Made by a program: the position numbers and the translations under genes. Below, piece by piece: positions 35,897 to 46,500 of a DNA stretch of 64,000 bases (positions are counted from its first letter, which is position 1; every line of letters starts with the position of its first letter). Source of the DNA: a virus; IMG/VR virus record IMGVR_UViG_3300044614_002195, positions 32,001 to 96,000 of that record; one strand, written 5' to 3'. Below the pieces are notes generated by a model. That model had not been told where the DNA came from and did no database searches. It saw only the letters and a program-made list of their open reading frames with translations.

Positions 35897-37558
35897 ATGG
35901 CAGAAACAATACAAACAACAGCGTCTAGACTAGAGGCTTTCATAGCACAGAATTATACAGATGTAGAGACTGGCCCAGGCTCAGTAATCAACGAATTACT
36001 CATCAAATTAGCTGCGTCTATACAGAACGAGCAGTATAATAAGATTAACGAGCTTTCACAGTCTTATACCTTTAATAACGCATTAGCGTCCACAACAGAT
36101 ACTTATTCTCCTGTGATTGATGCAGTGGCCTCTAATTATAATACGGTAAGAGCCCAGGGTAATTATGTACGAGGAAAAATAAAAGTCACGGTAAGTTCTG
36201 GAGGCATGTTTGCTTTTCAGCAAAGCTCTCTAATATTCACAGATGTCTCTTTAGGTTTAAACTTTATATTAGAACAAGCTGTACGTGTGAATGTCACACC
36301 CATAGCTGCCCTTAATGAAGGCCAAGTTTACAGCACTGAAAACGGGATGTTCTATTATATTCTTCCAGTTATTGCCGAGCAGCCAGGCACAAAATACCAA
36401 TTAAACGCAGGCTCAAAGTTTTCTATAGGGGCTAAAAATTACATAGCGGGGTTTGTATCGGCTGAAGCTTATGGCAATTTCTCTTCAGGTAGCGACACCG
36501 AAACAGACAAACAATTAATTTCTAGAATAAAAACAACCTTAGGTAATTCAAGAGTCGAATCGGCTGCAGGAATATATAATAAATTCAAGGAGAGCTTTCC
36601 AGGGTTTCAAACACTCTCTGTTTGCGGAGCAAACGATCCAGAATTACTTAGAGCAAAACAAAACGCGCTAGGTATATCTACATTTGGAAAGGCTGACGTG
36701 TATGTGCGCTCCAGCCTTGGGTTAGAAACAAAAAAAATTATCAAGAAAGCTAAAAAAATTTCAAGCAACTTGTGGCGTATAGCCATGCTTAATACGGACG
36801 TTCCTGGTTTTTATCGCATACGCTCCATATTGCCTGTAGTCTCTAACGTAAACTTAGGAGGAACTTTAAATCCTTCTGCATTAAAATATGGTTATAGCGT
36901 TTACTTAGATAAAAGAAACAACGAGATTACCAGCTATAATTCTAGAAATGGTGTAGTTGACGATCGTCAGGCAATACAGAATGCCCGATTCACAAAATAT
37001 CAAACCGCCTCTTTTGAGTTTGCGGCAGAATATTTTCCAGATGTGCTAGTAAACAACACAGCAGATTTTGAGGTTGAAGTCATATATCAGCCATTTATAG
37101 CAGAAATGCAGGATCTATTATTATCTGAAAATAACAGGCTTGCTTGCGCTGATTATTTGGTGAGAGCTGTAACTCCATGCGAAGTATCTTTAAATATCAA
37201 GCTATTAAAAAAACGGCCAATCGACACCTATTCTTCCTTAAACCTAGGAGGACTAAAGGCAGATATTTTTAAATATATAAACACAATACCTTTTGGCGAA
37301 GATTTACAAGCTTCAAGTATAGTAGATATATGTCATAACTACGGCATTAAAAGGGTCGACCTACCAATCAAAATGTCCGGATTGATTCTGTCCCCTGACG
37401 GTACAAATATAGAACTTAACGGAGAGGACGTTTTATCTCTACCTAATTTACCGCATAAAGGAGTTACGCCAAAAACTACATTATACTTTGTAGACTATTA
37501 CAGGCAAGTAGCAGGAGAAATACAGCCTATAGATAATATAGGTCTAAGCATTGCCTAA
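35897..37558 (+). CDS. Baseplate J / gp6-like wedge protein
   Basis: DVETGPGSVINELLIK, VIAEQPGTKY, GSDTETDKQLISRI, GKADVYV. Confidence 0.85.
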   Translation: MAETIQTTASRLEAFIAQNYTDVETGPGSVINELLIKLAASIQNEQYNKINELSQSYTFNNALASTTDTYSPVIDAVASNYNTVRAQGNYVRGKIKVTVSSGGMFAFQQSSLIFTDVSLGLNFILEQAVRVNVTPIAALNEGQVYSTENGMFYYILPVIAEQPGTKYQLNAGSKFSIGAKNYIAGFVSAEAYGNFSSGSDTETDKQLISRIKTTLGNSRVESAAGIYNKFKESFPGFQTLSVCGANDPELLRAKQNALGISTFGKADVYVRSSLGLETKKIIKKAKKISSNLWRIAMLNTDVPGFYRIRSILPVVSNVNLGGTLNPSALKYGYSVYLDKRNNEITSYNSRNGVVDDRQAIQNARFTKYQTASFEFAAEYFPDVLVNNTADFEVEVIYQPFIAEMQDLLLSENNRLACADYLVRAVTPCEVSLNIKLLKKRPIDTYSSLNLGGLKADIFKYINTIPFGEDLQASSIVDICHNYGIKRVDLPIKMSGLILSPDGTNIELNGEDVLSLPNLPHKGVTPKTTLYFVDYYRQVAGEIQPIDNIGLSIA

Positions 37559-37562
37559 TCTT

Positions 37563-39578
37563 ATGAGTGTAGAATTTATAACAAAAAATTATCCAGCCAA
37601 TGACGTCACAGACGGACAATTTCTGTACAGATCGCTGGGCTCTTTTTGGACGTATATTTTTTCAGATAAAAATCTACTCAAAGGTTATACAACAGGTATG
37701 GCCGAAGAACTGATTCAGGCATATTACACACTCACGGAAGTTATCAACCAGTATTCAGTAAAAGATGTGCCTATACTGCATAAAGAAAAATGGTACCCTT
37801 TAAAAATAAAAAAATCTGAGTTTAATAAAACTAAGTTTATATTCGAACCAGGCGGCGCGGTGTTCGGTCCACAATCCAACGAAGATGAGTTTTATCCGAA
37901 CGCCCTGTTCAGGTTTGGTTATCCTAAAGAAACGTCAGGTACTGTTTACAGCTTTCAGCCGTCAGATGAATTAAAGAAATTTGGAGCTATATCCAATAAG
38001 ATCATAGCTCCTTCGTTATTACTTCTACCTGGGGTAGATGTAATTGTTAACGGCTCAACATTATTCTTTAACTTAGACTTATTTAATCACCCTAATATTC
38101 CAAAAGTTAAATTAGTTGAAGATCTGGGGGAGTACAAAACGTATACAGACAGTGAAGGCAACACCGTCATTGACGAGTATATTGTTCTATGGGTTTATAA
38201 CGCAGAGATAGACAATAAGCAGTTATACCAAAATTTTGGAGTACTGTTTGATATAAATATGCCTTCAAATGAAGCTTATAAATCTCTGCTAAAGACTATG
38301 ATGAACATGGCTGTTGAGGGGCCCACAATGGCTGCACTAAAAGCAGCGTTTGCTTCACTGGCAGGCATACCATTCATCATCGAATCTGAAGAAACTATCG
38401 AGGATATATACTCTGATGAAAAAAACACCTATATTATCACAGATAGTCACGTTTATAAGGTAGAAATTGACAGGCCTTTAAGTCGCAATGCACGTATAGC
38501 CGCAAAGCTGTATGCTGGAGATATACTAACTGACGATGTTAAATTATTAGACACCGTCACCTCAGGAGATTGGTGGAGTCGAGAGATAGAGTCTAGTAAA
38601 CTAGGCTTTTCTTCTCATATATTTTTAGCAGATATTAAAAAACAACTCTTTTTTGAAAATGGTGCCGCTTTAATAACTTACAGGCGAGGCAAATTAAACT
38701 TTCCAGTTATGGGAGATAGTAAAGATATCCAAGCTTTCAATGACTATATAAATATTCCTGTGAATAGGGTAAACATCATTGATTCGCTAGGGCTATACGA
38801 TCAACTGCCAATAACTATAGAAGATGAAACAATTTTAGATATACGTAAAGGTCCTGGATTTGAGCAGTATATAATTACAGACCATAACGCTTATCTTATA
38901 CCCAAAGACAGGATACTCATACCTTCTGTAGCTTTGCAGACTAAAATAGCAAAAGGCACAACCATCGTCGAATTACATCCAGAAGAATTAGTGGAAGATT
39001 TATACCCCCTTGGAGAAGCCAGGGTTTTAAATATCAACCCAGTAGATTTTGTTTTTAAAACGCTAATTAAAAACAATACAGCCTTACTTAAGTTAAAATT
39101 TTATTCAGAACCGCAGCTGAATCTATTCTTTAAACTGCTACCACTATTGCGCACATATTTACCTCCCCATGTATATGTACTAGTCTACATGAACTATAAC
39201 TTACCTACAGAAGTTTGGGAAAATTTTAACCTAGGCTTAACCATACTAGATTTCCCAGGACAGAAATTCAGTTTAGATGGATCAACAAAAACAGGGGAAA
39301 GACCAGGAAGCCTAGAGGACGGAAAATATTATAAAGATTATAAAAATCGATTATTTTGCGTATCTGTAAGTCCTCAAAAAGACGGTCTACCTCTTCATGA
39401 CAATGCGAACATAGATACGCTTAATGTAGACAATTCGAACAACCCAAGCTCTTCACCTGGAATAAAGTGCGGTATGTTGCGTACAGAGATTCCTTCCCAG
39501 GTAACACCTCCAGGACAAACAACAGCCAGACGCCCATCTACCAGAGAAATTCAGTCTATCTTATTAATCGACTTTTAG
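37563..39578 (+). CDS. Baseplate wedge protein (gp7/gpI-like); ATG 37563 or TTG 37551
   Basis: Follows baseplate J; LGSFWTYIF, EGPTMAALKAAFASLAGIP, LRTYLPPHV. Confidence 0.65.
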   Translation: MSVEFITKNYPANDVTDGQFLYRSLGSFWTYIFSDKNLLKGYTTGMAEELIQAYYTLTEVINQYSVKDVPILHKEKWYPLKIKKSEFNKTKFIFEPGGAVFGPQSNEDEFYPNALFRFGYPKETSGTVYSFQPSDELKKFGAISNKIIAPSLLLLPGVDVIVNGSTLFFNLDLFNHPNIPKVKLVEDLGEYKTYTDSEGNTVIDEYIVLWVYNAEIDNKQLYQNFGVLFDINMPSNEAYKSLLKTMMNMAVEGPTMAALKAAFASLAGIPFIIESEETIEDIYSDEKNTYIITDSHVYKVEIDRPLSRNARIAAKLYAGDILTDDVKLLDTVTSGDWWSREIESSKLGFSSHIFLADIKKQLFFENGAALITYRRGKLNFPVMGDSKDIQAFNDYINIPVNRVNIIDSLGLYDQLPITIEDETILDIRKGPGFEQYIITDHNAYLIPKDRILIPSVALQTKIAKGTTIVELHPEELVEDLYPLGEARVLNINPVDFVFKTLIKNNTALLKLKFYSEPQLNLFFKLLPLLRTYLPPHVYVLVYMNYNLPTEVWENFNLGLTILDFPGQKFSLDGSTKTGERPGSLEDGKYYKDYKNRLFCVSVSPQKDGLPLHDNANIDTLNVDNSNNPSSSPGIKCGMLRTEIPSQVTPPGQTTARRPSTREIQSILLIDF

Positions 39579-39602
39579 CTTAAAAACAATATAATGTAAT
39601 CT

Positions 39603-40181
39603 ATGTTAACTACAGAAAATATGAACATCAGCAACTCTTTAGAAGGGTTTATAAAGATATGGCAGACCGACCCAAAGTCTGGAGAAATAAAGCTGCTGGT
39701 AGACAAGCGCAACCTTATCCTTAAAGGTGGAGCAAAAATAATTGCTAGCGCGCTAGGAGGTAACGTTGACTCTAAAATATGGGGTATGTATATAGGCTAT
39801 AGTAATGATCCTAATTTCGATTTAGTTACTGACGCTCCGGCTATTGACGTAGATTACTCTAACAGGTTTATTAACTTTGAATCTCCTTTAGGTTTTTTAA
39901 GAGAACAGTTAACTTTTTCTCCAACATATATGTCCACAGCAGGTTACGAAAGTAACACTGTATTATTTTCAACCATGATTACCTCTGCAACCAGTGCAGG
40001 AGGAGCTGAGTTTAACACAGACAGCCAGATCTATGAAGTTGCCTTAATTTCAGCGGCAGATCCCACGGCAGCTTTATACGATACGGTTTTCTCTAGAACA
40101 AATTTTAATCCGGTGCAATACAACTCCAACTATAACTTTACTATTACTTGGGGTATACGTATATTAGTACCTTCAGCTTAA
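39603..40181 (+). CDS. Tail collar/fibre-attachment protein
   Basis: KRNLILKGG..IIA, IYEVALI, FSRTNFNPVQYNSNYNFTITWGI pattern seen in myophage collar proteins. Confidence 0.6.
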   Translation: MLTTENMNISNSLEGFIKIWQTDPKSGEIKLLVDKRNLILKGGAKIIASALGGNVDSKIWGMYIGYSNDPNFDLVTDAPAIDVDYSNRFINFESPLGFLREQLTFSPTYMSTAGYESNTVLFSTMITSATSAGGAEFNTDSQIYEVALISAADPTAALYDTVFSRTNFNPVQYNSNYNFTITWGIRILVPSA

Positions 40182-40187
40182 TAACTT

Positions 40188-42575
40188 ATGAGTATTACAC
40201 CATGGCTTCCAGCGGTCAGAAAAATTAAAGACGGTGAACCTGTAGATCAAGCTACAGTCAACGTACCTATAGACCAGCTCACACAGAGAGAGCAGCATCT
40301 CTATGAGAAATTTAACGATATTCTAAATAAGTCAGTGCTCGTAAGCTTCAATCAGCCTATTCACCCACAAGAATCTCTGGGTGCCAACGAGCTCAGTATA
40401 GTTTATTATAAAAAAGATTTATTTGGTGAAGGTGTGGCAAAGGGTGTAACTGGCTTTACTTCCAGCAAAGCCTCTTCCATGTTTAAACCCAAAGAGTCCA
40501 ACTATGCTTTTGGTCTTTTAAAAAATATCTATACTGAAAGCTCCACCGTGGACATTTTTACTGAAGGTTTGTGTGAATTGCCTGTGGATTTAGACGACGA
40601 AACTCGCGGAGCAATTAAAGATGAGACGTTCGAGGTAGGTCCTTACTTCCTATCCCCGAAGCATCCGGGCAAGATCACAAAAGATCCTTCAGGCATTCCT
40701 GTATATGTAGGATACGCTATAAGTAAAAGAAAATTTTTATTACACACTAATGTAGATGAATTTTCTCAGTTCTTTATAAACTATAGGTACCACTTACTGG
40801 ATAGAGTCGCAGGAGAGCCTGTATTAAGCGATAATACATGGACAATTAACGTTAAGGATTACACAGATCCTCCTAGCTACGTTCAATTCTCAGGAGCTAA
40901 TAATAACGTAACCGTTGCGAACACATCTTCCAGTTATGTAGGTATTCCCGCTAAAAGTAAATTTGCGGATGTGTATACAGTAACTGTAACCACCGCAGGT
41001 AACACTTCGACGGTAAGATTTTCAATAGCCTCGGCCAACGGAGCCTTTTTAACCAAGTTTGACCAAGCATTACAATCTAGTGTTTTAGTTTTAGATACAG
41101 CCAACGGAAACAATATCAGACTAAACTTCACCGGGTCCACTAGTTTTACGGTAGATAGCCAGTGGACATTGCGTGTCAGTGCTAGGCCGAATAAATTAGG
41201 CTGGGTACCGGCCAGCGCCGCCGCCGCAATCCCTCCAGCTGGCGCAGTTTTTTATTATAATATACCTAATCTCACCGACATAGACTCGGATTCCGGTCTT
41301 GATTACGACCTGGATTCAAACGACGAAAAAATAGAGTATGAAAAAAATGAGGCGATCGAACTCAGGAAGTATATTCCTCCTGTGCCTGCTAATTTCATAC
41401 AGCTCTATGTCGATGGCTCTCTGGTTAGATATAATGACACCTTTGATACTGAAGGTTTATTTTCGGTTAACGAGTACGGCTTGTGGTGGCACAGTGCAAA
41501 TGATGGAGAGCAACCATGGGATTCTAATTATCCCCAGGGGGCATTAGGGGCACCATACAAGTGGAGAGATAGTATAAAACCCAGCTTAACTAGAAAAAGA
41601 ATTTTTGCCAGTTTTTCAAAGTTTAACCCGGCTTTACGTACTCAGCTGGTCAGCTCTTTAACTCCGTTCAATACTGTAGATAATAAAGCTGCAAACTTTA
41701 TAAAATTCTATAGCTCTGACAACCCTGATCAAACAGCCGGCACTGGAGATCTTTTAGTAGATATTTTAGCTCCAGTAAATTTGGTCGGCTATAAGTCCAC
41801 AGTACTAGATCCTCAAGACTTAACGGACGACTTCGTGTATCCGGGAGAATCCTTCACAGGAGAAGCCTCAAGATCTTCATCTTTTTCCGCAGGCAGAGCA
41901 GTAGCCGCAATAAAATACTCCAAACCTGATGGAGCGTTTAAAGTGGCGTTGACTTCAGTAGTTTCAAAGCTAGAAGGAACAGGAGGAATAACGGTCACAC
42001 CTAACCCCTTAACTGGCGCATATACTATCAGTTATATGTCTGAAGGATATGTAGGTCAGGTTGATTCCATAGAACCAATTAATGCAAGACTTGAGTTTCG
42101 AGGGCTTTCTTCTTACATAAAGTTACCTACACCGTCTACGACGCCATACGGGCTGATAGGTAAAATTGTAGTACCAAAGGGATATATTAATAACAAACCT
42201 CTCAGGGTAATTTTTCACCTTTTTGGAGATTCAGCTATAACTGAAAATGCTGTGGCTAGGAATGTGGCGTTTAGCTTTGAGTATTCAGCAATATCTGCAG
42301 CCAATTCAGCAAACCCTTCAAACTACAATGTGGTAGACACCTCAACTTATGCTCCAAGCATTAATCCTGTTGAGTTTGAGCTGCAGCCTACGACTCAAAG
42401 CTACACCAGCTACACATCCAGGAAAATCTCCGATAATTTTATAATTCCTGCAAACTTTATGCGAGAGGACTCTGTGGTTAACTTTAAGATACAGCGAGTA
42501 TCAGTATCTTCTGGAGCACAGAGCTACACAGGTAATATAGGTGTATTAGGAATTTACTGGGAAGTTATTAACTAG
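40188..42575 (+). CDS. Baseplate/fibre-associated structural protein carrying a sheath-like beta module
   Basis: IKDGEPVDQATVNVPIDQL N-terminus; residues encoded at about 40899-41175 align with sheath residues at about 20218-20505. Confidence 0.65.
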   Translation: MSITPWLPAVRKIKDGEPVDQATVNVPIDQLTQREQHLYEKFNDILNKSVLVSFNQPIHPQESLGANELSIVYYKKDLFGEGVAKGVTGFTSSKASSMFKPKESNYAFGLLKNIYTESSTVDIFTEGLCELPVDLDDETRGAIKDETFEVGPYFLSPKHPGKITKDPSGIPVYVGYAISKRKFLLHTNVDEFSQFFINYRYHLLDRVAGEPVLSDNTWTINVKDYTDPPSYVQFSGANNNVTVANTSSSYVGIPAKSKFADVYTVTVTTAGNTSTVRFSIASANGAFLTKFDQALQSSVLVLDTANGNNIRLNFTGSTSFTVDSQWTLRVSARPNKLGWVPASAAAAIPPAGAVFYYNIPNLTDIDSDSGLDYDLDSNDEKIEYEKNEAIELRKYIPPVPANFIQLYVDGSLVRYNDTFDTEGLFSVNEYGLWWHSANDGEQPWDSNYPQGALGAPYKWRDSIKPSLTRKRIFASFSKFNPALRTQLVSSLTPFNTVDNKAANFIKFYSSDNPDQTAGTGDLLVDILAPVNLVGYKSTVLDPQDLTDDFVYPGESFTGEASRSSSFSAGRAVAAIKYSKPDGAFKVALTSVVSKLEGTGGITVTPNPLTGAYTISYMSEGYVGQVDSIEPINARLEFRGLSSYIKLPTPSTTPYGLIGKIVVPKGYINNKPLRVIFHLFGDSAITENAVARNVAFSFEYSAISAANSANPSNYNVVDTSTYAPSINPVEFELQPTTQSYTSYTSRKISDNFIIPANFMREDSVVNFKIQRVSVSSGAQSYTGNIGVLGIYWEVIN

Positions 42576-42585
42576 ATATTAAATT

Positions 42586-43479
42586 ATGCCATGGATTGAT
42601 AGTCTAGACTGGTCATCATTAAACGCTCTTCGGAGATATCCTATAAGAGAGGGTCTTAGTGCTCAAAGTATTGACGAAATATTTAACATTCCTGACACTC
42701 TAATAGTGGATTTTTCATTATCTGCTTCAAGTAATGTCGAAGACAGATTTTACATATCTAAAGTATTTAATAAAATATCTTCCGTAGTCATAGAGGTCAG
42801 TGACTGGGGAGATAACATTGTAGGTACATTTCAAGCATCTTCTTCAGATAGCCTTGATACTGATTTTTACATGACCGCAACTAGCGACTATACAGGAGCT
42901 AACGGCAAAATAACTATAGGTACGCTGGCAGATCTAGCCAATCAACCTGCTGGAGTATATACATTTTCAAAATCTGCCACAGAACTAGAACCCAGGACAA
43001 TCATTCCAGGATTACAGGGAATTGATAGGATTTCGTTCATTGACGTAAATGCAGGTACATCCACAATGACAGGGCATGTCAAGTTGGCTTCTCGTAGCAA
43101 TCTAAGGTTTTCATTAAGCCTCACAGAAGACAATAGTATACTACTTGACGCTGGAGATGATCTAGGTCTGAATAAACAGTGCGGTGTGACCAACTGTGTT
43201 AAGAGAATTAATGGTGTTGCTCCAGACCCAGCTACAGGAAACATTAGTTTACTGGGTATTGATTGCGTTACAGTGAAAAACAATGAACCCTACACTTTAG
43301 ATATTGAAGACACCTGCTGCTCTCCATGCGTAGGCTGTAACGACCTACAAGAATTGACTCTAAGACTCACCTCGCTAGAGAATAACTTTTTAAACTTAAA
43401 AAATAATTATAATAATGTTAATAATCAACTATCTACTTATCTAGCCACCACAAACTCCAATTGCGAATGTCCTGCCTAG
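42586..43479 (+). CDS. Fibre-associated structural protein (paralog family member 1)
   Basis: LDWSSLNALRRYPI N-terminus, RINGVAPDPATGNISL, C-terminal Cys cluster plus coiled coil. Confidence 0.65.
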   Translation: MPWIDSLDWSSLNALRRYPIREGLSAQSIDEIFNIPDTLIVDFSLSASSNVEDRFYISKVFNKISSVVIEVSDWGDNIVGTFQASSSDSLDTDFYMTATSDYTGANGKITIGTLADLANQPAGVYTFSKSATELEPRTIIPGLQGIDRISFIDVNAGTSTMTGHVKLASRSNLRFSLSLTEDNSILLDAGDDLGLNKQCGVTNCVKRINGVAPDPATGNISLLGIDCVTVKNNEPYTLDIEDTCCSPCVGCNDLQELTLRLTSLENNFLNLKNNYNNVNNQLSTYLATTNSNCECPA

Positions 43480-43489
43480 CTGTTAAAAT
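43461..43489 (+). promoter_or_regulatory. sigma70-type promoter TTGCGA-17-TAAAAT with extended TG
   Basis: Exact spacing; 11 nt before ATG 43501. Confidence 0.65.
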
Positions 43490-43500
43490 AGCAAAATATT

Positions 43501-46500
43501 ATGGCAGCTCTGGAGTACTTAACGCAAAACAGCTTAACAGCATATCCGTTCAGGAGAAGCAGGCCTGCGTTTACAACAAACCTGCAGCAAGAAAATTATA
43601 CAGAGTCTCTAGTAAGTGACGAGTGGTTTTACGATATAATCTTTGTTTCTTACTCGACCAGTATACGAAGTGTATATGTTTCGAGTATAGAAAAAACAGA
43701 AGACGGACGGCTTATACTAGGCTTCAGTAACGCTGAAACTTTACAATTAATAGATAATCGTTTAATTGAAGTACCCGCCGATAAACTAGAGAATCATTTA
43801 AACAACAGGGCCCAAAGTTTTTTTCCTGTCACAAGTACATCTTTTTCAGTAAAAATTGTTTTTGGCGCGGGGCTGGTGGGCAGTACTGCTTTTAGCTATA
43901 CTTACAACTTAGCACAAACATTATTAGCGGCTAGCGCGGTAATACCCTGCCCTCCAAAATTATTAAGTTTAACTTTTAAAGCATTTCAATCTGAGAGAAA
44001 TGAGTCTGGTCAGGTCATTTCAGAGCTAGTACCCATAATAACCTATACTCCTAGTGACTACTCTCCTATATGGAGATTTGGACATAATCTGAACTTTGCT
44101 TTAGAGAGTTTAAATTATGGAGGGATCTCAGTTGAACCAGGAGGAGGGATGGGACTGTTTGATAGCTGTACTCCTGCAGGAGATATTACAGATGTATACA
44201 CCGTATCAAATGTTAGTCCAAACGATGAGGGAAGTTTATTTTTAAACACACTTGCCTGCCAAAGTTTAAATCTTTTATCAGAAAACGATAAAAGCTTTTT
44301 AACGCTGACCAATCAGTTAGATAATTACTCTGAAGATATTATTATTGCAGGGCATTCATTAACTTTAAAAAACTTTTGTGAAGCTAAATGCCCTAGGGAA
44401 AATATTAACGCTTTTGCGCATTATATTAATCGTGTAGCTGACGCAGCTTCAGAAATTAGTAAAATAGCTTTTCTCGATAAAGAAACAAGAGGACTAGGGA
44501 CACCCACAACAGACATATTCAACGCTTCTTCTTTTTGCGTCAGCAATTTAGCCGAAGCTGGGGCAACAGGCGCCTCCAGTCAGTTCAATAATCCTTTTTT
44601 ACGCTGTACTGAAGTTACAGAACCTATAGATACATTTATAGACTGCAACGCGTCCTTCATAAAATATTTCCATGAGTTTAGAACTTTGCAAATATTTTAC
44701 AATAGCGTAACCACCAGAAGTTTCATTATTCTGGAGGTTATTGATGAGAACACTGTAAGATTAAATGAATCCCCTACAGCCGGCCAAAATTTATGGTTTA
44801 GAGTAAAAGACAATGGAGTAATTAGTAATATGAACTGCGCTACTTTAGCGCATAACCAGAAAATTGAGCTAGCAAAAAAAACTTACTTTAAAGTCAGATA
44901 TACTACTAGTGAAACTCAGGATTACGACGGATCGCAAGTCACAGTCACATCTTTGTCCATAGGAATATATAATCCTTCAGCTTTAGGTATCACAAGTGTG
45001 CGTGTAGATTTCAATGTGTCACCAAAGCTCACACAAGTAGGTGCAATTAAAGTTAGAAAAAAAGAAACTGTAGACTTGATGAATACTGCAGAAGCAGTGT
45101 TGGGTTGTAAAGAGTACGCTATAGTAGAAGTAGCGTATAAAATAGCTTGCGGAGAAGTTGATGCAGACATAAGCATCCAAGTCATGGATACCACCGGCGC
45201 TGTTGAAGAACAGATAGGTGAAACATACTACATACCTAGCATCAACGGAGCGTTATGTGTAGACAGTCCTATAGGTGCAACAAAAGTAACAAGACAATTA
45301 AAACATTCACAGGTCACATCTGACTTTGTATACCCGCCATTACCTAGCGTAGTAACACCCCAGGAGGAGTGGACAACGTCTAACGTCACGATAATAGGGG
45401 ATGCGCCTGCAGGTTTTGCGGTATCTGCGTATCAGCCGTGGACATGGCCAAGCCAGCAGAACGCTGTGGAAATTTGCCAGACCTATCCAAAATACTGTTT
45501 ACTCAACGGGAACCCCTTGTTGGCATGCGGCTGGATTAAATTGTTCTACGCCCTCGTGCCTAGTGAAATACCCGACAACAATAAAAGCAAAAGATATGAA
45601 ATTATTTTTAGAAATACGACGGCCTCAGCAGAAGAACTTGGCAATCTTGGGGCGTATGCCCCGCTTCCAAAATACAATTATTCTAAAGTTGTAATAATAT
45701 GGTTAGCTTCGCCGGTCATATTGTCACCCTTAGGTGTGAATTACACTGAAAGTAACCCAGCACTTATAGACTACGACACCACATACACTGATGAAAATCC
45801 ATTACTCACTGTGTCTGTTGATAATATGCTACGCTTCTCGGAAGCTTTTCCGGGAGATGACGAAGCGTATTATTATATTGTCACAGGACTGCCTGCAGGG
45901 CTTACGTTCAACGAAGCCACCGGAGCAATAACAGGTAAAATATCTTCTGATGCTCCATCTGGCGAAAAGATAGCCATAACAATATCTGCTCATAATCCTG
46001 ACGGATATGCTCAAAACCCGCAAACAATTTACCTACAACCTGAGTTACGTGCAGTTCCAGAAATATCCCTGGACCTCACCACGCCTGGGCCTACATTTGA
46101 TATCGACAATCTGACAGTGTACACCACGGTCGCATCTTTTTATAAGATAAATACCGTAAATCTACCTATACTATATTACAGAATATATTTTGGTGCAGGG
46201 CAAAGCTTACCTAACGGACTATACTTTGACCAGGCTGTGGGGTTGATTACCGGCAGAATTACTTCAAACACCGCAGGTAGCTTAAGTTTTGAAATCACGG
46301 CAATCAACCGTTTTGGAGAATCTGATAGGCTGGCTATAAGTATAAATTACGAAATATTTTCTAGACCTCAAATAACGGCACCAACAGCTTCACAGTACTT
46401 CAATCTCTTATTCAATTCAGTATATACTATAGAATCTCCACTATTTACTATAACAGCCACGCAGGCTTTTGGAGGAACAGATAATTTTGCCGAGGGGCTC

